Shown here in pieces: positions 1-11,688 of a DNA stretch of 64,000 bases (its first letter is position 1; each line of letters opens with the position of its first letter). The position numbers and the translations under genes were made by a program. Under the pieces are notes generated by a model. That model did not search any database. It worked only from the letters and a program-made list of their open reading frames with translations, and was not told the origin of the DNA. Origin of the DNA: Oligoflexia bacterium (GTDB lineage Bacteria > Bdellovibrionota > UBA1018). The stretch spans positions 352,001 to 416,000 of the forward strand of contig CAVWVI010000003.1 of NCBI GenBank assembly GCA_963758495.1. Reading direction: 5' to 3'.

Positions 1-542
1 TAACTCTTCCACCAGACGACCTTCTCCGTCTTATCGAAAAAGTACAAAAATCCGGAATGAAAGCTAAACCTGAGCTAGGAATTCAATTTGGAGCGGGCGG
101 CGCCACACCTACTGAGGAGCTAGCATCAGAAGGAACTCGTGACGTGGCATGGCTGATTCAACTTGCAAAACGATATCTCAATGCAGGTGCCTCTATCATT
201 ATGATTGAATCTGAAGGAATCACGGAGAATGTAAAAACGTGGAGAACCGATGCAATTTCGCAAATCATCAATGAAGTTGGAATAGAAAAAACAATGTTTG
301 AAGCTGCAGATCCCAACGTATTTGAATGGTATATTAAAAACTACGGTATAGAAGCTAATCTTTTTATCGATCATAGCCAAATTGTACAACTCGAAGCCCT
401 ACGTTCCGGTATTTGGGGAACAAAAAGCACCTGGGGTCGAATCTTGAGCTATGGCGAAGAATTGAACGTTGAAAATTTAAAAAAGAGAGTAGGCCCTACC
501 GAAGAAATCAGCCGTCATAAATCCAAGAAACAAGCGGCATAA
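1..542 (+). CDS. Phosphosulfolactate synthase (ComA)/Hsa32-like protein, 5'-truncated by the window edge
   Basis: The frame is open from position 3 (TLPPDDLLRLIEKVQKSG-MKAKPE...). Motifs IMIESEGITE, FEAADP and NLFIDHSQIVQLEALRSGIWG are typical of this family. Confidence 0.8.
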   Translation, partial: TLPPDDLLRLIEKVQKSGMKAKPELGIQFGAGGATPTEELASEGTRDVAWLIQLAKRYLNAGASIIMIESEGITENVKTWRTDAISQIINEVGIEKTMFEAADPNVFEWYIKNYGIEANLFIDHSQIVQLEALRSGIWGTKSTWGRILSYGEELNVENLKKRVGPTEEISRHKSKKQAA

Positions 543-561
543 CAGAAAAAAGAAAATAAAA

Positions 562-592
562 GGAGAAAGGCACACCACTCATGCCCTTCTCC
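562..592 (-). terminator. Intrinsic terminator between convergent genes
   Basis: Stem GGAGAAAGGCA/TGCCCTTCTCC, preceded by an A-run that gives a U-tail on the minus strand. Confidence 0.6.
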
Positions 593-631
593 CAAATTAC
601 CATTTTCTGACTCACTCATTAAAAAGACATA

Positions 632-983
632 TCACCACATTTTCTGACTACTTTTTTGCCCGGACTTTTGTCCGGATTTTTGACCAGACTTCTGTCCTGC
701 TTTTTGGCCAGCTTTCTGTCCAGCCTTTTGTCCAGCTTTCTGTCCTGCCTTTTGCCCAGCTCTGCCCTGCTTTTTGTCCCACAAAGTTAGAACCAAAACT
801 AGATCCCAAGTCAGTGCCATAACCATAACCATAACCATAATTAGAACCGTAGTCGGAATAATTATTAGGGGCATAATTCGGCAAAGAAGAGGTTACAATA
901 GGTGCAACACCTGCTATCGCAAATGAAGAAACTAAAGCCAAAATCCCTGTACCCATCACTGATTTCTTAAGCATAATGATCAT
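632..983 (-). pseudogene. Secreted low-complexity (GQK[A/S])n repeat protein, frameshifted near position 760
   Basis: ORF 648..983 gives a signal peptide and a YG-rich segment; ORF 632..874 gives the GQKA repeats. One repeat unit reads CAG-A-GCT instead of CAG-AAA-GCT. AAGGAG RBS; probable start at 974. Confidence 0.7.
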
Positions 984-1056
984 TCTCCTTCGACAATTGT
1001 CTTTGTCCTGTAATTACTGCTGTTAATTAATTGAGTTGCTTTCGATAATCCATCTG

Positions 1057-1072
1057 AGCAAGGCTTATGCCG
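1057..1072 (-). promoter_or_regulatory. Sigma-54 -24/-12 promoter
   Basis: The minus strand reads CGGCATAAGCCTTGCT (GG-N10-GC) upstream of the GQKA gene. Confidence 0.6.
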
Positions 1073-1400
1073 ACTGAATGAAAGTAAAAATTTGTAGTTA
1101 TTCCAAATATAATAGTATTTTAAATGTAAATTAAAGAGCTCTTAGCTTCCCTTACTTCAGAAAAGCCTTAACAATTTTATTGATATTTAATAAATTTTAA
1201 ATAAATCAAAAGAACACAGAAAATCACGTCGTTTCTTTCCTTCTTACGTCTCATTGTACCTGTTGCATACTGATAGGCTAAATTGCGAATTCGCTCAAGG
1301 TAAGTAGTTCCTTTAGGGCTGTTAACAAGCACTGCTAAGAATGAATGAAAAATATACTTGAAAATACCATTACAAATGCGAAAAACAACACACTGCAATA

Positions 1401-1416
1401 TGGTATTTAATTTGCA
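1401..1416 (+). promoter_or_regulatory. Sigma-54 -24/-12 promoter
   Basis: TGGTATTTAATTTGCA ending 14 nt before the ATG at 1431. Confidence 0.55.
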
Positions 1417-1430
1417 CGAAAGTACTTATT

Positions 1431-1913
1431 ATGAAAACAAAACCACAAATGATTCAAAGAGTATTTTTCTCAATTGCCACTATTCTTATTGCAAGTAATT
1501 GCTCGAGCTTATCGGGTCAAACTGAATCAGGAAAGGAAATCGCATCAACCGGACCTACAATCCTCAATGCTCACTCAGACCCCTCAACAGTTGAACTCAA
1601 TCGAGACCTCCAGCCTAAGAAAACACCTGAAATCCTTGCAGATGTAAAAGACTTCAGATCAAAAGTGACTGATGTGCAGCTTAAATTCACGCACATTCCT
1701 CTTCAAGTACGAATGGAAAATATCGGCGGAACGACCTGGAGAGCAGAACTCACCCCTCAGCAACTCCAAATGCTCGCTGTGAGTGGTAAAACCATCAAGT
1801 ACGATGCAAGCATTGTCGCAAAGAACGCTCGAGGACAGGTATCAGAAAGTCCTTCAACAGTTACTGTTGCAATTAAAGCTCCTGACCTCTCTACAAGTAG
1901 TACCACCGGCTAA
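1431..1913 (+). CDS. Hypothetical lipoprotein/secreted protein with a beta-rich domain
   Basis: Hydrophobic N-terminus ending IASNC; 160 aa. Confidence 0.6.
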   Translation: MKTKPQMIQRVFFSIATILIASNCSSLSGQTESGKEIASTGPTILNAHSDPSTVELNRDLQPKKTPEILADVKDFRSKVTDVQLKFTHIPLQVRMENIGGTTWRAELTPQQLQMLAVSGKTIKYDASIVAKNARGQVSESPSTVTVAIKAPDLSTSSTTG

Positions 1914-1918
1914 TAAAA

Positions 1919-2383
1919 TCACCATCGGTGATAAGCAGGATGTCCTGACTTGACCGCCACAAAGGTTCCTCGGCAAGTTGCGCAGACTTTGCCATTCGCA
2001 ATCAGCTTTGCCTCCACCACTGCCCGATCTTCCTTAGACTCAACCACATGTGCAACTAAATGAATCGCTTGCTGAGTAGGCGTAGGTCTAAGTAACTGAA
2101 TCGCATATTCCGAGGTAACCGTACAAGGAGGTCGATCCACTCCTGTTTTTTTCATTAAATACCAAGCCGCTGTCCAATTAGAATGACAATCCAAAAGTGA
2201 ACCAATAATTCCGCCATTGAGAATTCCTGGAAAAGCTTCATGATGTGCCGATGGAGTCCAATCTGCAATGACTTCATCCCCACTAACCCTACTTCGAATT
2301 CGTAACCCCTTTTCATTCGCGGGCCCACAACCAAAGCATGCACTGTGGAGAGCATAGATTTCCTGTAAACTTTGTTCACTCAT
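1919..2383 (-). CDS. PaaI-family hot-dog thioesterase
   Basis: Motifs CFGCGPAN.GL, HH.AFPG.LNGGII.SLLD and LRPTP. Confidence 0.85.
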   Translation of the reverse strand: MSEQSLQEIYALHSACFGCGPANEKGLRIRSRVSGDEVIADWTPSAHHEAFPGILNGGIIGSLLDCHSNWTAAWYLMKKTGVDRPPCTVTSEYAIQLLRPTPTQQAIHLVAHVVESKEDRAVVEAKLIANGKVCATCRGTFVAVKSGHPAYHRW

Positions 2384-2569
2384 TTAAAATTCCTTCATCC
2401 ACTCGAAAAGTTCATAATGATGATGATTGAAAATCAAGTTTAAGATTTTCGGATTCTAACGCCAAAGCTAGCTGAAAGTCTACAATCCTACTTTGATCAT
2501 CAAAGCACGCTTCTCGACATACAATTTGTAAAGTCATCATAATAATTAAAAAATAATTAAAAATAACCC

Positions 2570-3292
2570 TTAAAAATAGACTCTCGTCCCCACCATTATT
2601 CCCGAGTTATTGAATAAGGTTTCCCAATCTTTAAAATAATCGACATAGACTCGAATTGCACTAAAATCCAAGAACGCCCCTCCTTGATACCAATCTCCGG
2701 AATTAGTAACTCCGGTTGCATTGGGTGTCGAGGGGAAATAATACTGAACTACTCCTTCCAAACCAAAGTACCGGGATACATAAAATGTAAGACTCACTCC
2801 AGCTAAAGCACTATTCAAAGAGTATCCACTTGTGCTAATATTTCGTACTCCAAGCTGAAGAGTAATATTAGTGGATTGACTATGATAACCAAATACTCTT
2901 AAATTAAATAAGCCAGTCCAACGAGTGTCCAATCCCGACTCAAGTCGAGCTTCTAATCCAAAAATAGAAGCATATGCTGCAAGATAGACATTCCAAGCAT
3001 TGTAATTCACGCCGCCATCAGTCTGATTAAACTGGTAACTTCCGCCTAAATAGTACTCATAGGGGGTTGGAGTATGGAGCGCAAACCAGAGATCTTGGAG
3101 CCTCATCGTGTCGCGAGTTTCGAGCCAATCAGACAAGGTCCAATGACTCTTTTGCTTTTGCTCCTGCTTTTGGACTACAAAAGTATAAATATCATCGGCA
3201 CGACTCGTCAATGGAGCAACCCCAAAGACGAAAATGCAAAAAATGATACAAGCCATCGAATAAAGACGCTTTTCTTTTCTGCTGTATATCAT
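2570..3292 (-). CDS. Hypothetical outer-membrane beta-barrel protein
   Basis: Signal peptide, alternating aromatic strands, C-terminal VGTRVYF. Confidence 0.55.
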   Translation of the reverse strand: MIYSRKEKRLYSMACIIFCIFVFGVAPLTSRADDIYTFVVQKQEQKQKSHWTLSDWLETRDTMRLQDLWFALHTPTPYEYYLGGSYQFNQTDGGVNYNAWNVYLAAYASIFGLEARLESGLDTRWTGLFNLRVFGYHSQSTNITLQLGVRNISTSGYSLNSALAGVSLTFYVSRYFGLEGVVQYYFPSTPNATGVTNSGDWYQGGAFLDFSAIRVYVDYFKDWETLFNNSGIMVGTRVYF

Positions 3293-3379
3293 TCTTTTAT
3301 GTTAACTCGTATTTATTAGTTTACACTCAAAATTAATATAACTACTTATCCATAGAACCACTTATCCAGAGGATATTCA

Positions 3380-3898
3380 GTGATGAGTCTAGAAAAAGCT
3401 GTCGTTAGAAAACTAAAAGCATCGCGCCAAATCCTGTGCACGGTTGAGTCATGCACAGGTGGACTCATTTCAAATCTCATTACTGACGTGTCCGGAGCTT
3501 CAGAGGTTTTCTGGGGAAGTTTCATCGTCTACGACAATTCCGCGAAAGAGGCTCTAGGAATTTCCAAACATCTGATCACCACAAAAGGGGCAGTCTCACC
3601 TGAAGTTGCATACGAACTGGCCGAACGAGGCCTAGAAAAAATGCAAAATGCGCCATTCCTTTCCGAGTCTTTTGCCCTACTTAAACCCCATGAGCTCATC
3701 TGTCTTTCGACTACAGGAATTGCAGGGCCCTCAGGAGGAACATCCGAAAAACCCGTAGGCCTTTGTTATATGGGTATAGCGATTTCTGGGAAAAAAACGA
3801 GAGTTGATAAAATCCAAGTTGAATCATCACTAGACCGGATCCAAACTAAATCGCAATTTGCACAGAGAGCTTTGGAAATCTTACGGGAACTTATATAA
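3380..3898 (+). CDS. CinA C-terminal domain / NMN amidohydrolase (PncC-like)
   Basis: Motifs ESCTGG, GAVS.EVA, TTGIAGP.GG and KPVG. Confidence 0.85.
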   Translation: MMSLEKAVVRKLKASRQILCTVESCTGGLISNLITDVSGASEVFWGSFIVYDNSAKEALGISKHLITTKGAVSPEVAYELAERGLEKMQNAPFLSESFALLKPHELICLSTTGIAGPSGGTSEKPVGLCYMGIAISGKKTRVDKIQVESSLDRIQTKSQFAQRALEILRELI

Positions 3899-3910
3899 AG
3901 GAATGCGTAT

Positions 3911-5143
3911 ATGAACCTTTATCTATTATTCATTTTAACTTTTCTGATTGGCGTGTTCTTTTTAGACACCCTTGCAGATCTTTTGAACTTAAGTCGCCTC
4001 AATGGCGAGCTTCCTCAGGAATTCCAAGGAATTTATGATTCTGGAAAATATCTTCAATCTCTCAAGTACCAAAGAGAAAACGTCTACTTTGACCTAGTGC
4101 ATAGAACTGTTGATTTATGGGTATCCATTCCATTTATTCTATTGGGTGGATTTAATACTGTAGATACGTTTTCAAGAAGTTTTGGACTTAGCTATATTCC
4201 TACAGGGCTAATTTTTGTAGGAACTCTTTCCTTTCTTAGATTTTTCATCGAATTCCCGTTTTCCATTTATAGTACTTTTGTTTTAGAAGCGAAATTTGGC
4301 TTTAACAAAACGACTCTAAAGACTTTTTTTCAAGACCTTATTAAAGGTACCTTGATAGGTGCCATTCTGGGTGGATTCATTTTTTCGGGCATTGTTTATT
4401 TCTTCGAAAACGCAGGGCCCCATGCATGGTTATTCTGTTGGATTGCCGTCACTCTTTTTCAATTCATACTTCTCTACCTAGCTCCTGTAGTCATTTTACC
4501 TTTATTCAATAAATTTGAGCCCCTCCCTGAAGGACTTCTCAAGCAAGCCATAGAAAATTATGCAAAAACTCAAAAATTCGCACTGAATGGAATCTTTACA
4601 ATGGATAGCTCCAAGCGCTCCACCAAATCAAATGCTTTTTTTACAGGTTTTGGAAGATTTCGGCGGCTCGTTTTGTTCGACACTCTAATTGCAAAACAAA
4701 GCATTGAAGAGCTTGTCGCGGTTCTTGCACATGAAATTGGCCACTTTAAAGAAAAGCACATCATCAAATCATTGATTCTTTCCATCCTCACCATGGGAGT
4801 TATATTTTATACTTTCCACTTATTTATCAATAACACCCAATTATTTGAAGCTTTCCAAATGACTCATACTTCCGTCTATGCCAGTATAGTTTTTGTTGGA
4901 TTTCTCTATTCACCTCTATTCCGTATTTTATCACTATTCACACAAAAACTATCTAGAAAGCATGAATTTGAAGCGGACGCTTATGCTATTCATACTTATG
5001 GAAACCCGGAGATATTAATTTCAGCATTAAAAAAACTGAGCGTGGACAACCTTTCTCACCTCACTCCTCATCCATTAAAAGTTGCATTAGATTACAGTCA
5101 TCCTCCCATTCTAGAAAGAATTTACGCCCTAAGAAAAAAGTAA
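3911..5143 (+). CDS. M48-family (Ste24-like) membrane zinc metalloprotease
   Basis: Motifs NAFFTGFG, HEIGH, EFEAD and YSHPP; multiple TM helices. Confidence 0.9.
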   Translation: MNLYLLFILTFLIGVFFLDTLADLLNLSRLNGELPQEFQGIYDSGKYLQSLKYQRENVYFDLVHRTVDLWVSIPFILLGGFNTVDTFSRSFGLSYIPTGLIFVGTLSFLRFFIEFPFSIYSTFVLEAKFGFNKTTLKTFFQDLIKGTLIGAILGGFIFSGIVYFFENAGPHAWLFCWIAVTLFQFILLYLAPVVILPLFNKFEPLPEGLLKQAIENYAKTQKFALNGIFTMDSSKRSTKSNAFFTGFGRFRRLVLFDTLIAKQSIEELVAVLAHEIGHFKEKHIIKSLILSILTMGVIFYTFHLFINNTQLFEAFQMTHTSVYASIVFVGFLYSPLFRILSLFTQKLSRKHEFEADAYAIHTYGNPEILISALKKLSVDNLSHLTPHPLKVALDYSHPPILERIYALRKK

Positions 5144-5147
5144 TACA

Positions 5148-6584
5148 TTGAACTGGAATCCTATTTTTATCAGAATTATATTCATTTTTTCACTTCTATC
5201 AGGGGTGTTTCATCATTATACTCAAGCATTAGATCTCCTTCCTTATACTAATCGACAGCATCCTTTTAATGCTTGGACCACCACTGCTCGAGGCGACATT
5301 CGAACCGTAGGCATGGCTGGAGCTACTGTTGGACTTGCTGACACTTTTATAGCGAGCTTAGATAATCCCGCAGGATTAGCGATGACACTCTACGGAGGAG
5401 ATACAACTTTCACGTCTAATACTATTTACGATGGAAACACTCAAAATTACGATGAGGCCATGTATGCCAATGACATTGGACTGGCCATCAATCTCTACCC
5501 CTGGGGATTTAGTGTAGGGTACGTTTCACCGTTCCAAGTCGGTCAGCCCTATGGCCTCGCTTCCTCGCCTAATGATCCTACAATTCTCACGGTAAAAACT
5601 CGAGAACTCTATTTTTCAGCGGCAAGAGTATTTTTCAATAATCGGCTTGCACTTGGAGGCAGCTTGATTCTGGGCCAATCTGAACATCAGATGGAATTTA
5701 CAAATTCACCTCAATTAAGTGCCTCTTATCATGCCTATGCGCTTGGCGGAAATGTAGGTGCCACCTTCCAATTCCCTAATCGCTTCCTCCTTGGACTGAG
5801 TTATAATTTGTCTATGCAATATCCAGCAAATTCACTCTCAGAGCCCACTTCTGGAGTGACTCATTTTTTTCAACCCATCAATGTACCTTATCGAATCGGT
5901 GTAGGATTAGGATGGATACCTAATCGATTCTTTCGAGCGGATATATCCACTTTTATTATTGGCACTACTGACAATGCAGCACTTCTCCGAGATGACTCTG
6001 TAATAGTAGGTCAATACACTACGATTCAACCTAAAGTAGGCATTGCCTATCAATTTCTTGATTTTAAGAATTTGCAAGGAACCGCATTCATGGGAACCTA
6101 CTATGAGGTCACTCAAGTCCAGGACCAACCTAATCGAATTCATGCAACAGGAGGTTTCGAACTCAAACCCTGGATTCTTACTCTGGGTTTAGGTGTCGAC
6201 GAAAGCCAAAATTATAGAAATTACTTAGTCTCATTAGGTGTGGATGTTTTTAGAGTGATGGAAAAACTTGATATCATTCCATCTCTCCCTCGCCCCTCCT
6301 ATGTGGGAGCTTTTCCAAAAACAGTTTCATTATCGGATGAAGGACTTTCACAACCCTTAGTAAAAGATTGGCAGGCTACAGACAAATCAGTTAACCCTAT
6401 TCAAATTGGTTTAGATATTCCAAAAAGAATTAAAGAAAAGGCTAAAGAACTTGGAGAAACAATGTCGAATGTTTTCAACTCCAACTCCAACTCCAACTCC
6501 AACCCCAATAAAAATTCAACAAAAGTAGCTCCAACACCTATTAAGAAAAGGAAAAGACGTATTAAGGCACTGCACAAACATTAG
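5148..6584 (+). CDS. Outer-membrane beta-barrel protein (FadL-like N-terminus) with low-complexity tail
   Basis: R.VGMAGA...NPAGL motif, beta-strand pattern, and an (NS)n tail encoded by a (CCAACT)n repeat at about 6476-6504. Confidence 0.6.
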   Translation: MNWNPIFIRIIFIFSLLSGVFHHYTQALDLLPYTNRQHPFNAWTTTARGDIRTVGMAGATVGLADTFIASLDNPAGLAMTLYGGDTTFTSNTIYDGNTQNYDEAMYANDIGLAINLYPWGFSVGYVSPFQVGQPYGLASSPNDPTILTVKTRELYFSAARVFFNNRLALGGSLILGQSEHQMEFTNSPQLSASYHAYALGGNVGATFQFPNRFLLGLSYNLSMQYPANSLSEPTSGVTHFFQPINVPYRIGVGLGWIPNRFFRADISTFIIGTTDNAALLRDDSVIVGQYTTIQPKVGIAYQFLDFKNLQGTAFMGTYYEVTQVQDQPNRIHATGGFELKPWILTLGLGVDESQNYRNYLVSLGVDVFRVMEKLDIIPSLPRPSYVGAFPKTVSLSDEGLSQPLVKDWQATDKSVNPIQIGLDIPKRIKEKAKELGETMSNVFNSNSNSNSNPNKNSTKVAPTPIKKRKRRIKALHKH

Positions 6585-6679
6585 ACAGCCGCATCGATTC
6601 CTTTGCATAGCTTTGTTTTCTTCCGTATTTCACATTAAAATAAAGAGTCCAATACCAGCACCTTACAAAAACAGGCAAT

Positions 6680-6695
6680 AGGCCCAAGTCTTGCT
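6680..6695 (+). promoter_or_regulatory. Sigma-54 -24/-12 promoter
   Basis: AGGCCCAAGTCTTGCT ending 14 nt before the ATG at 6710. Confidence 0.55.
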
Positions 6696-6709
6696 TTAGT
6701 AGCCTGCAT

Positions 6710-7387
6710 ATGATGACACGAATTAAAATAATAACCAGTTTTTTAGTTTACTTCAGTTTAGTAGCTTCTACTCAAGCCGTAACTCCAAGCCCTATCGAAA
6801 AGAAAGCTTTTCTTCGCTGGAATCACGCGAAAGAATTAGTTGGAAAAAATTATCATAAAAGCATTGTAAAAACTGGAGAATCAATTGCAGTTCTTGATGA
6901 TGTGTTATTTCAATGGACTCATACTGCCTTAAAAGGTCACTGGAAATCTCGATCTGCAGAAGTTTCAAAAACTATTATCAAGGAAAGTGAAAAATATGGA
7001 TTTGATCCCGTATTTTTAATGGCCGTCATCCAAAATGAAAGTAGTTTCAAGCCTGAAATTATTGGTTCTTTCGGTGAAATCGGCTTGATGCAAATAACCC
7101 CTCAGACTGCTCAATGGATTACGAATAAATATAACTTACCTTGGAAAGGGGCAGAAAGCCTAAAAAATCCAACCACCAATATTAAAATTGGAGCTGCATA
7201 TATGGCTTACTTACGAGAAAAGTTTGCATTTCATAGTCAACTCTATCTTGCCGCCTACAACATGGGGTCTGCAAATGTTTATCGAAATCTAAAAAAACAA
7301 GTATGGCCTAAAATATATCCATCTCGAGTGATGCATCACTATGTTAAATTTTACGCTAAATTACAGGTAGCCATTCAAAAGACGTAA
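6710..7387 (+). CDS. Lytic transglycosylase (SLT domain), secreted
   Basis: Motifs AVIQNESSF, GLMQI and AAYNMG; signal peptide. Confidence 0.9.
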   Translation: MMTRIKIITSFLVYFSLVASTQAVTPSPIEKKAFLRWNHAKELVGKNYHKSIVKTGESIAVLDDVLFQWTHTALKGHWKSRSAEVSKTIIKESEKYGFDPVFLMAVIQNESSFKPEIIGSFGEIGLMQITPQTAQWITNKYNLPWKGAESLKNPTTNIKIGAAYMAYLREKFAFHSQLYLAAYNMGSANVYRNLKKQVWPKIYPSRVMHHYVKFYAKLQVAIQKT

Positions 7388-7418
7388 GCACCGCAAGGAG
7401 TCCTAAAGGAACTGCTTA
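7385..7418. repeat. Internally deleted copy of the dispersed palindrome family
   Basis: TAAGCACCGCAAGGAGTCCT matches the left arm at 21611, and the segment ends in TGCTTA. Confidence 0.6.
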
Positions 7419-7450
7419 CCAAAAGACTTAAAACTATGAACCCGCTCGAG

Positions 7451-8687
<1,237 letters not shown>

Positions 8688-8701
8688 TTAAGATATGAAC
8701 A

Positions 8702-9607
8702 GTGTTCATGATGCAAAAGCAAGCAATCGAATTAAAAGAAGGAATTCTTTTTTTAATAAAGAACTCACCTGTTCGTTCACGGATTTTTTCTCCATCAGGA
8801 CAACCCTTTGATACCCATTTACTTCACCTGTCATCGTTGTATCGAACAAGCCGACGACTTTATCTAAAAAACAACGGCCAATTCCTGCCTTCGCTCGTCT
8901 CTTCGCCTCGCACACTCAGCTCTGCCTCACTTTTAAGAAATCTCATTGAATACAGTCCGATAGAAAACGAGCTGATCTGGGCAGCGAAAAATCCAAGTCA
9001 AAGCCGTCAACCTAAATACCTCCTCACACTGCGGAGTTATATTTCAAACCTCTTTCATGAGCAAAACCACCGAATCTTATGGACTTTTCTTCCACCTCCT
9101 TCCAAAAAAATAAAGACACTTCACAGATATTTAAATTTTGTAGAAAGCTTAGTGATTATTTTAGACATGGCATTAGGAGATGAGCTAGGCCCAAAACTAG
9201 CTCCTTTATTTCATCTTTGCGGAGCGGCCTACGACCCTGGAACAAAAATTAAGCAGCAGTTAGAAACTCGCCGAACTTACCGCAATTACCTTCAAGCAGC
9301 CCTCTATGGTACCTACCTGAATTTAGAAATGTACGATGAGGCAGACATCATAAAAATAATCCAAGCACTCTTTCCCAGCCTGGGTGACCTTGCCCTTCGC
9401 GCTGTACAGAGAAGTGTTCGCCTGGACCGTGAGTTTGTTCAAAAAACAAATCCCATTTGGCAAAGCTTACACTCTAAAGAAGTACTTCAAACTTTTTGTA
9501 GCCAAATTAACCAAGGTAATGCTCAGCTCGAATTGCCTGAGGACCCATTCAATAATTACCTAATCTACCTTTGGACAGAGAAATGGTTAGACCACTTTAA
9601 TCTATAA
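8702..9607 (+). CDS. Hypothetical protein with an HEXXH-like motif
   Basis: 301-aa ORF with FHEQNH and a downstream ES. Confidence 0.55.
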   Translation: MFMMQKQAIELKEGILFLIKNSPVRSRIFSPSGQPFDTHLLHLSSLYRTSRRLYLKNNGQFLPSLVSSPRTLSSASLLRNLIEYSPIENELIWAAKNPSQSRQPKYLLTLRSYISNLFHEQNHRILWTFLPPPSKKIKTLHRYLNFVESLVIILDMALGDELGPKLAPLFHLCGAAYDPGTKIKQQLETRRTYRNYLQAALYGTYLNLEMYDEADIIKIIQALFPSLGDLALRAVQRSVRLDREFVQKTNPIWQSLHSKEVLQTFCSQINQGNAQLELPEDPFNNYLIYLWTEKWLDHFNL

Positions 9608-9630
9608 AATGAATCATCTTCTAAGGAGGA

Positions 9631-9777
9631 CTAGTGAATCACCGCTGGATTTGGAATAAAATGAGTTACAGGAGCATTTTTTATCTTATACTCCTTAATC
9701 CCAGTATAGATCGTCATAACTAAACAGAAAGCAATTCCAACAACACAGACTCCCATAATGACTGTAAACTTTTTCAT
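9631..9777 (-). CDS. Small single-TM protein (48 aa), not in the ORF track
   Basis: MKKFTVIMGVCVVGIAFCLVMTIYTGIKEYKIKNAPVTHFIPNPAVIH*, directly downstream of the PLD gene. Confidence 0.5.
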   Translation of the reverse strand: MKKFTVIMGVCVVGIAFCLVMTIYTGIKEYKIKNAPVTHFIPNPAVIH

Positions 9778-9825
9778 AGTTCAACTCTATTTCACTTTTT
9801 TATAAGAAGTTCAACGCCTAAGCAC

Positions 9826-10419
9826 TTAGTTGGGTGCAGCTTTAGACCAAATTTCCTCAAACCGCTTATTATATCTTTCCACTACAACGGGATTCGAGAG
9901 ATAGATTTGATTCTCATTATTGGCGATACTTGCATGATTTGTATAATTAAATGAACCTAACTCAACTCTCTTGTGATCCACAATCATGAATTTATTATGC
10001 ATAATACCCCTCTGTCTACCATATCGCACTTGTGCTCCCGCCTTAATCAGAAGAGGCACTAATGAATGTTCTCCTTTCGCTTGCCTTCGATCCACAACAA
10101 TACGAACAGGAATTTTTCGCGACGCAACAAGGAGTTCATGAACTAACTTGTCCAGATTAATGTCATAGATTGCCACATCAATCGACTTTTGAGCGGATTG
10201 TGCAAACTTGATCAACTTCACATCACAAGGCTCATCAGGAGAAAAACAAACTTCTTGATCCTGGGGTGCTGAGACGCTCCGCTCATCAATTACTTTTGAC
10301 TCTTTGGATCTACTTCTCGTTTGTTTTGCAACTGCAACGTTGCTAAATACAATGGAATTCAGAACCATGACAAAGACTAAGACAAAGGCTGAGATTGATG
10401 TATTGTTTTTTCCATTCAT
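9826..10419 (-). CDS. Secreted phospholipase D-family (Nuc-like) protein with a single HKD motif
   Basis: HNKFMIVD...GSFNYT...N.EN; signal peptide. Confidence 0.85.
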   Translation of the reverse strand: MNGKNNTSISAFVLVFVMVLNSIVFSNVAVAKQTRSRSKESKVIDERSVSAPQDQEVCFSPDEPCDVKLIKFAQSAQKSIDVAIYDINLDKLVHELLVASRKIPVRIVVDRRQAKGEHSLVPLLIKAGAQVRYGRQRGIMHNKFMIVDHKRVELGSFNYTNHASIANNENQIYLSNPVVVERYNKRFEEIWSKAAPN

Positions 10420-10512
10420 ACAACAAACAAGAGTTAAGCTTATAAATTAAAAAAGCAAGTAAATTGACAGGAACTCGGAGTCACACAACATTTTCTACAC
10501 TTACTTCAACTT

Positions 10513-11688
10513 GTGGTAAAAGCATATGACATGGAACGGAATGAGTGCAAACCCTACACAAACGACGAATTTCCACTCGCGATGAATCGGCTTTCACAAA
10601 ACCCAGACTTGCCCAAATTGATTCAATTTGTTTTTCCAGAGACATCTGTTCAAGAATTTTTAAAATTTGCCAAAAACATTAAAAGTACGGAAGATTTCCA
10701 AAAACGAGTGATTTCAAAAGCCATCCAAAACATTTTAAATCAAACCTCCGATGGACTTTCGGTGTCTGGTTTAGAAAATTGCTCTTTGGAAAAAAAATAT
10801 CTCTTCCTATCCAACCACCGCGACATTCTATGCGATCCGGCGCTATGTACCAACAGCCTTCTCTCTCATGGTTATCAAACCCCAAAAATTTGCTTAGGTG
10901 ATAATCTCCTGACTCACCCTCTCATTATCGACTTGGTAAAAATGAATAAGGGAGTTACGGTAAAACGGAACTTACCACCCCGAGAGCTTTTGAAACACTC
11001 ACTCATTCTCTCTAAGTTTATTTATGAACAAATTACGGAAAATCTCGATTCAGTTTGGATTGCTCAACGGGAAGGCCGAGCTAAAGATGGAAACGACCTC
11101 ACCCATCCAGGTGTTTTAAAAATGTTAACTCTTGCTGGAGACGAACCCATTTTAGAACAAATGAAAAAGCTTCATATAATTCCCGTCGCAATCTCCTATG
11201 AATATGACCCTTGCGACATCCTCAAAGCGCGAGAAATCTATCTTAAAGCAACACACGGCACCTACCAAAAGACCGCTCATGAAGACACAAAGAGTATCAT
11301 CACTGGAATTCAAGGTTATAAAGGAAAGGTTCATATTAATTTTGGAAAAGAACTCAACGAAGACATTGAACTCGCCCGTCAACACCCCTTAAAAAGAGAT
11401 CAAATCCTCGCTGTGTCACGTGTCATAGATCGACAGATCCATAGAAATTACAAAAATTGGCCATCCAACTTTATTGCATTTGATTTAATAGAAAATAATG
11501 ACTCCATGAAATCGAATTATTCAACTGAAGAAAAAGAAAAATTTATCACTCGATTAAAATCTCAACTCTCTCTTTTAGAAGAAGCTGATTCTGACAAAAA
11601 TAAAATTGAACGACTTATTCTTGAAGCTTATGCATTTCCTGTAAAAAATGCTATTTCTGCCACATCACCCCAACCGGATGGGTATTGA
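10513..11688 (+). CDS. Glycerolipid acyltransferase (PlsC/PlsB superfamily)
   Basis: Motifs SNHRDILCD, WIAQREGRAKDG and SYEYDPCD. Confidence 0.85.
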   Translation: MVKAYDMERNECKPYTNDEFPLAMNRLSQNPDLPKLIQFVFPETSVQEFLKFAKNIKSTEDFQKRVISKAIQNILNQTSDGLSVSGLENCSLEKKYLFLSNHRDILCDPALCTNSLLSHGYQTPKICLGDNLLTHPLIIDLVKMNKGVTVKRNLPPRELLKHSLILSKFIYEQITENLDSVWIAQREGRAKDGNDLTHPGVLKMLTLAGDEPILEQMKKLHIIPVAISYEYDPCDILKAREIYLKATHGTYQKTAHEDTKSIITGIQGYKGKVHINFGKELNEDIELARQHPLKRDQILAVSRVIDRQIHRNYKNWPSNFIAFDLIENNDSMKSNYSTEEKEKFITRLKSQLSLLEEADSDKNKIERLILEAYAFPVKNAISATSPQPDGY

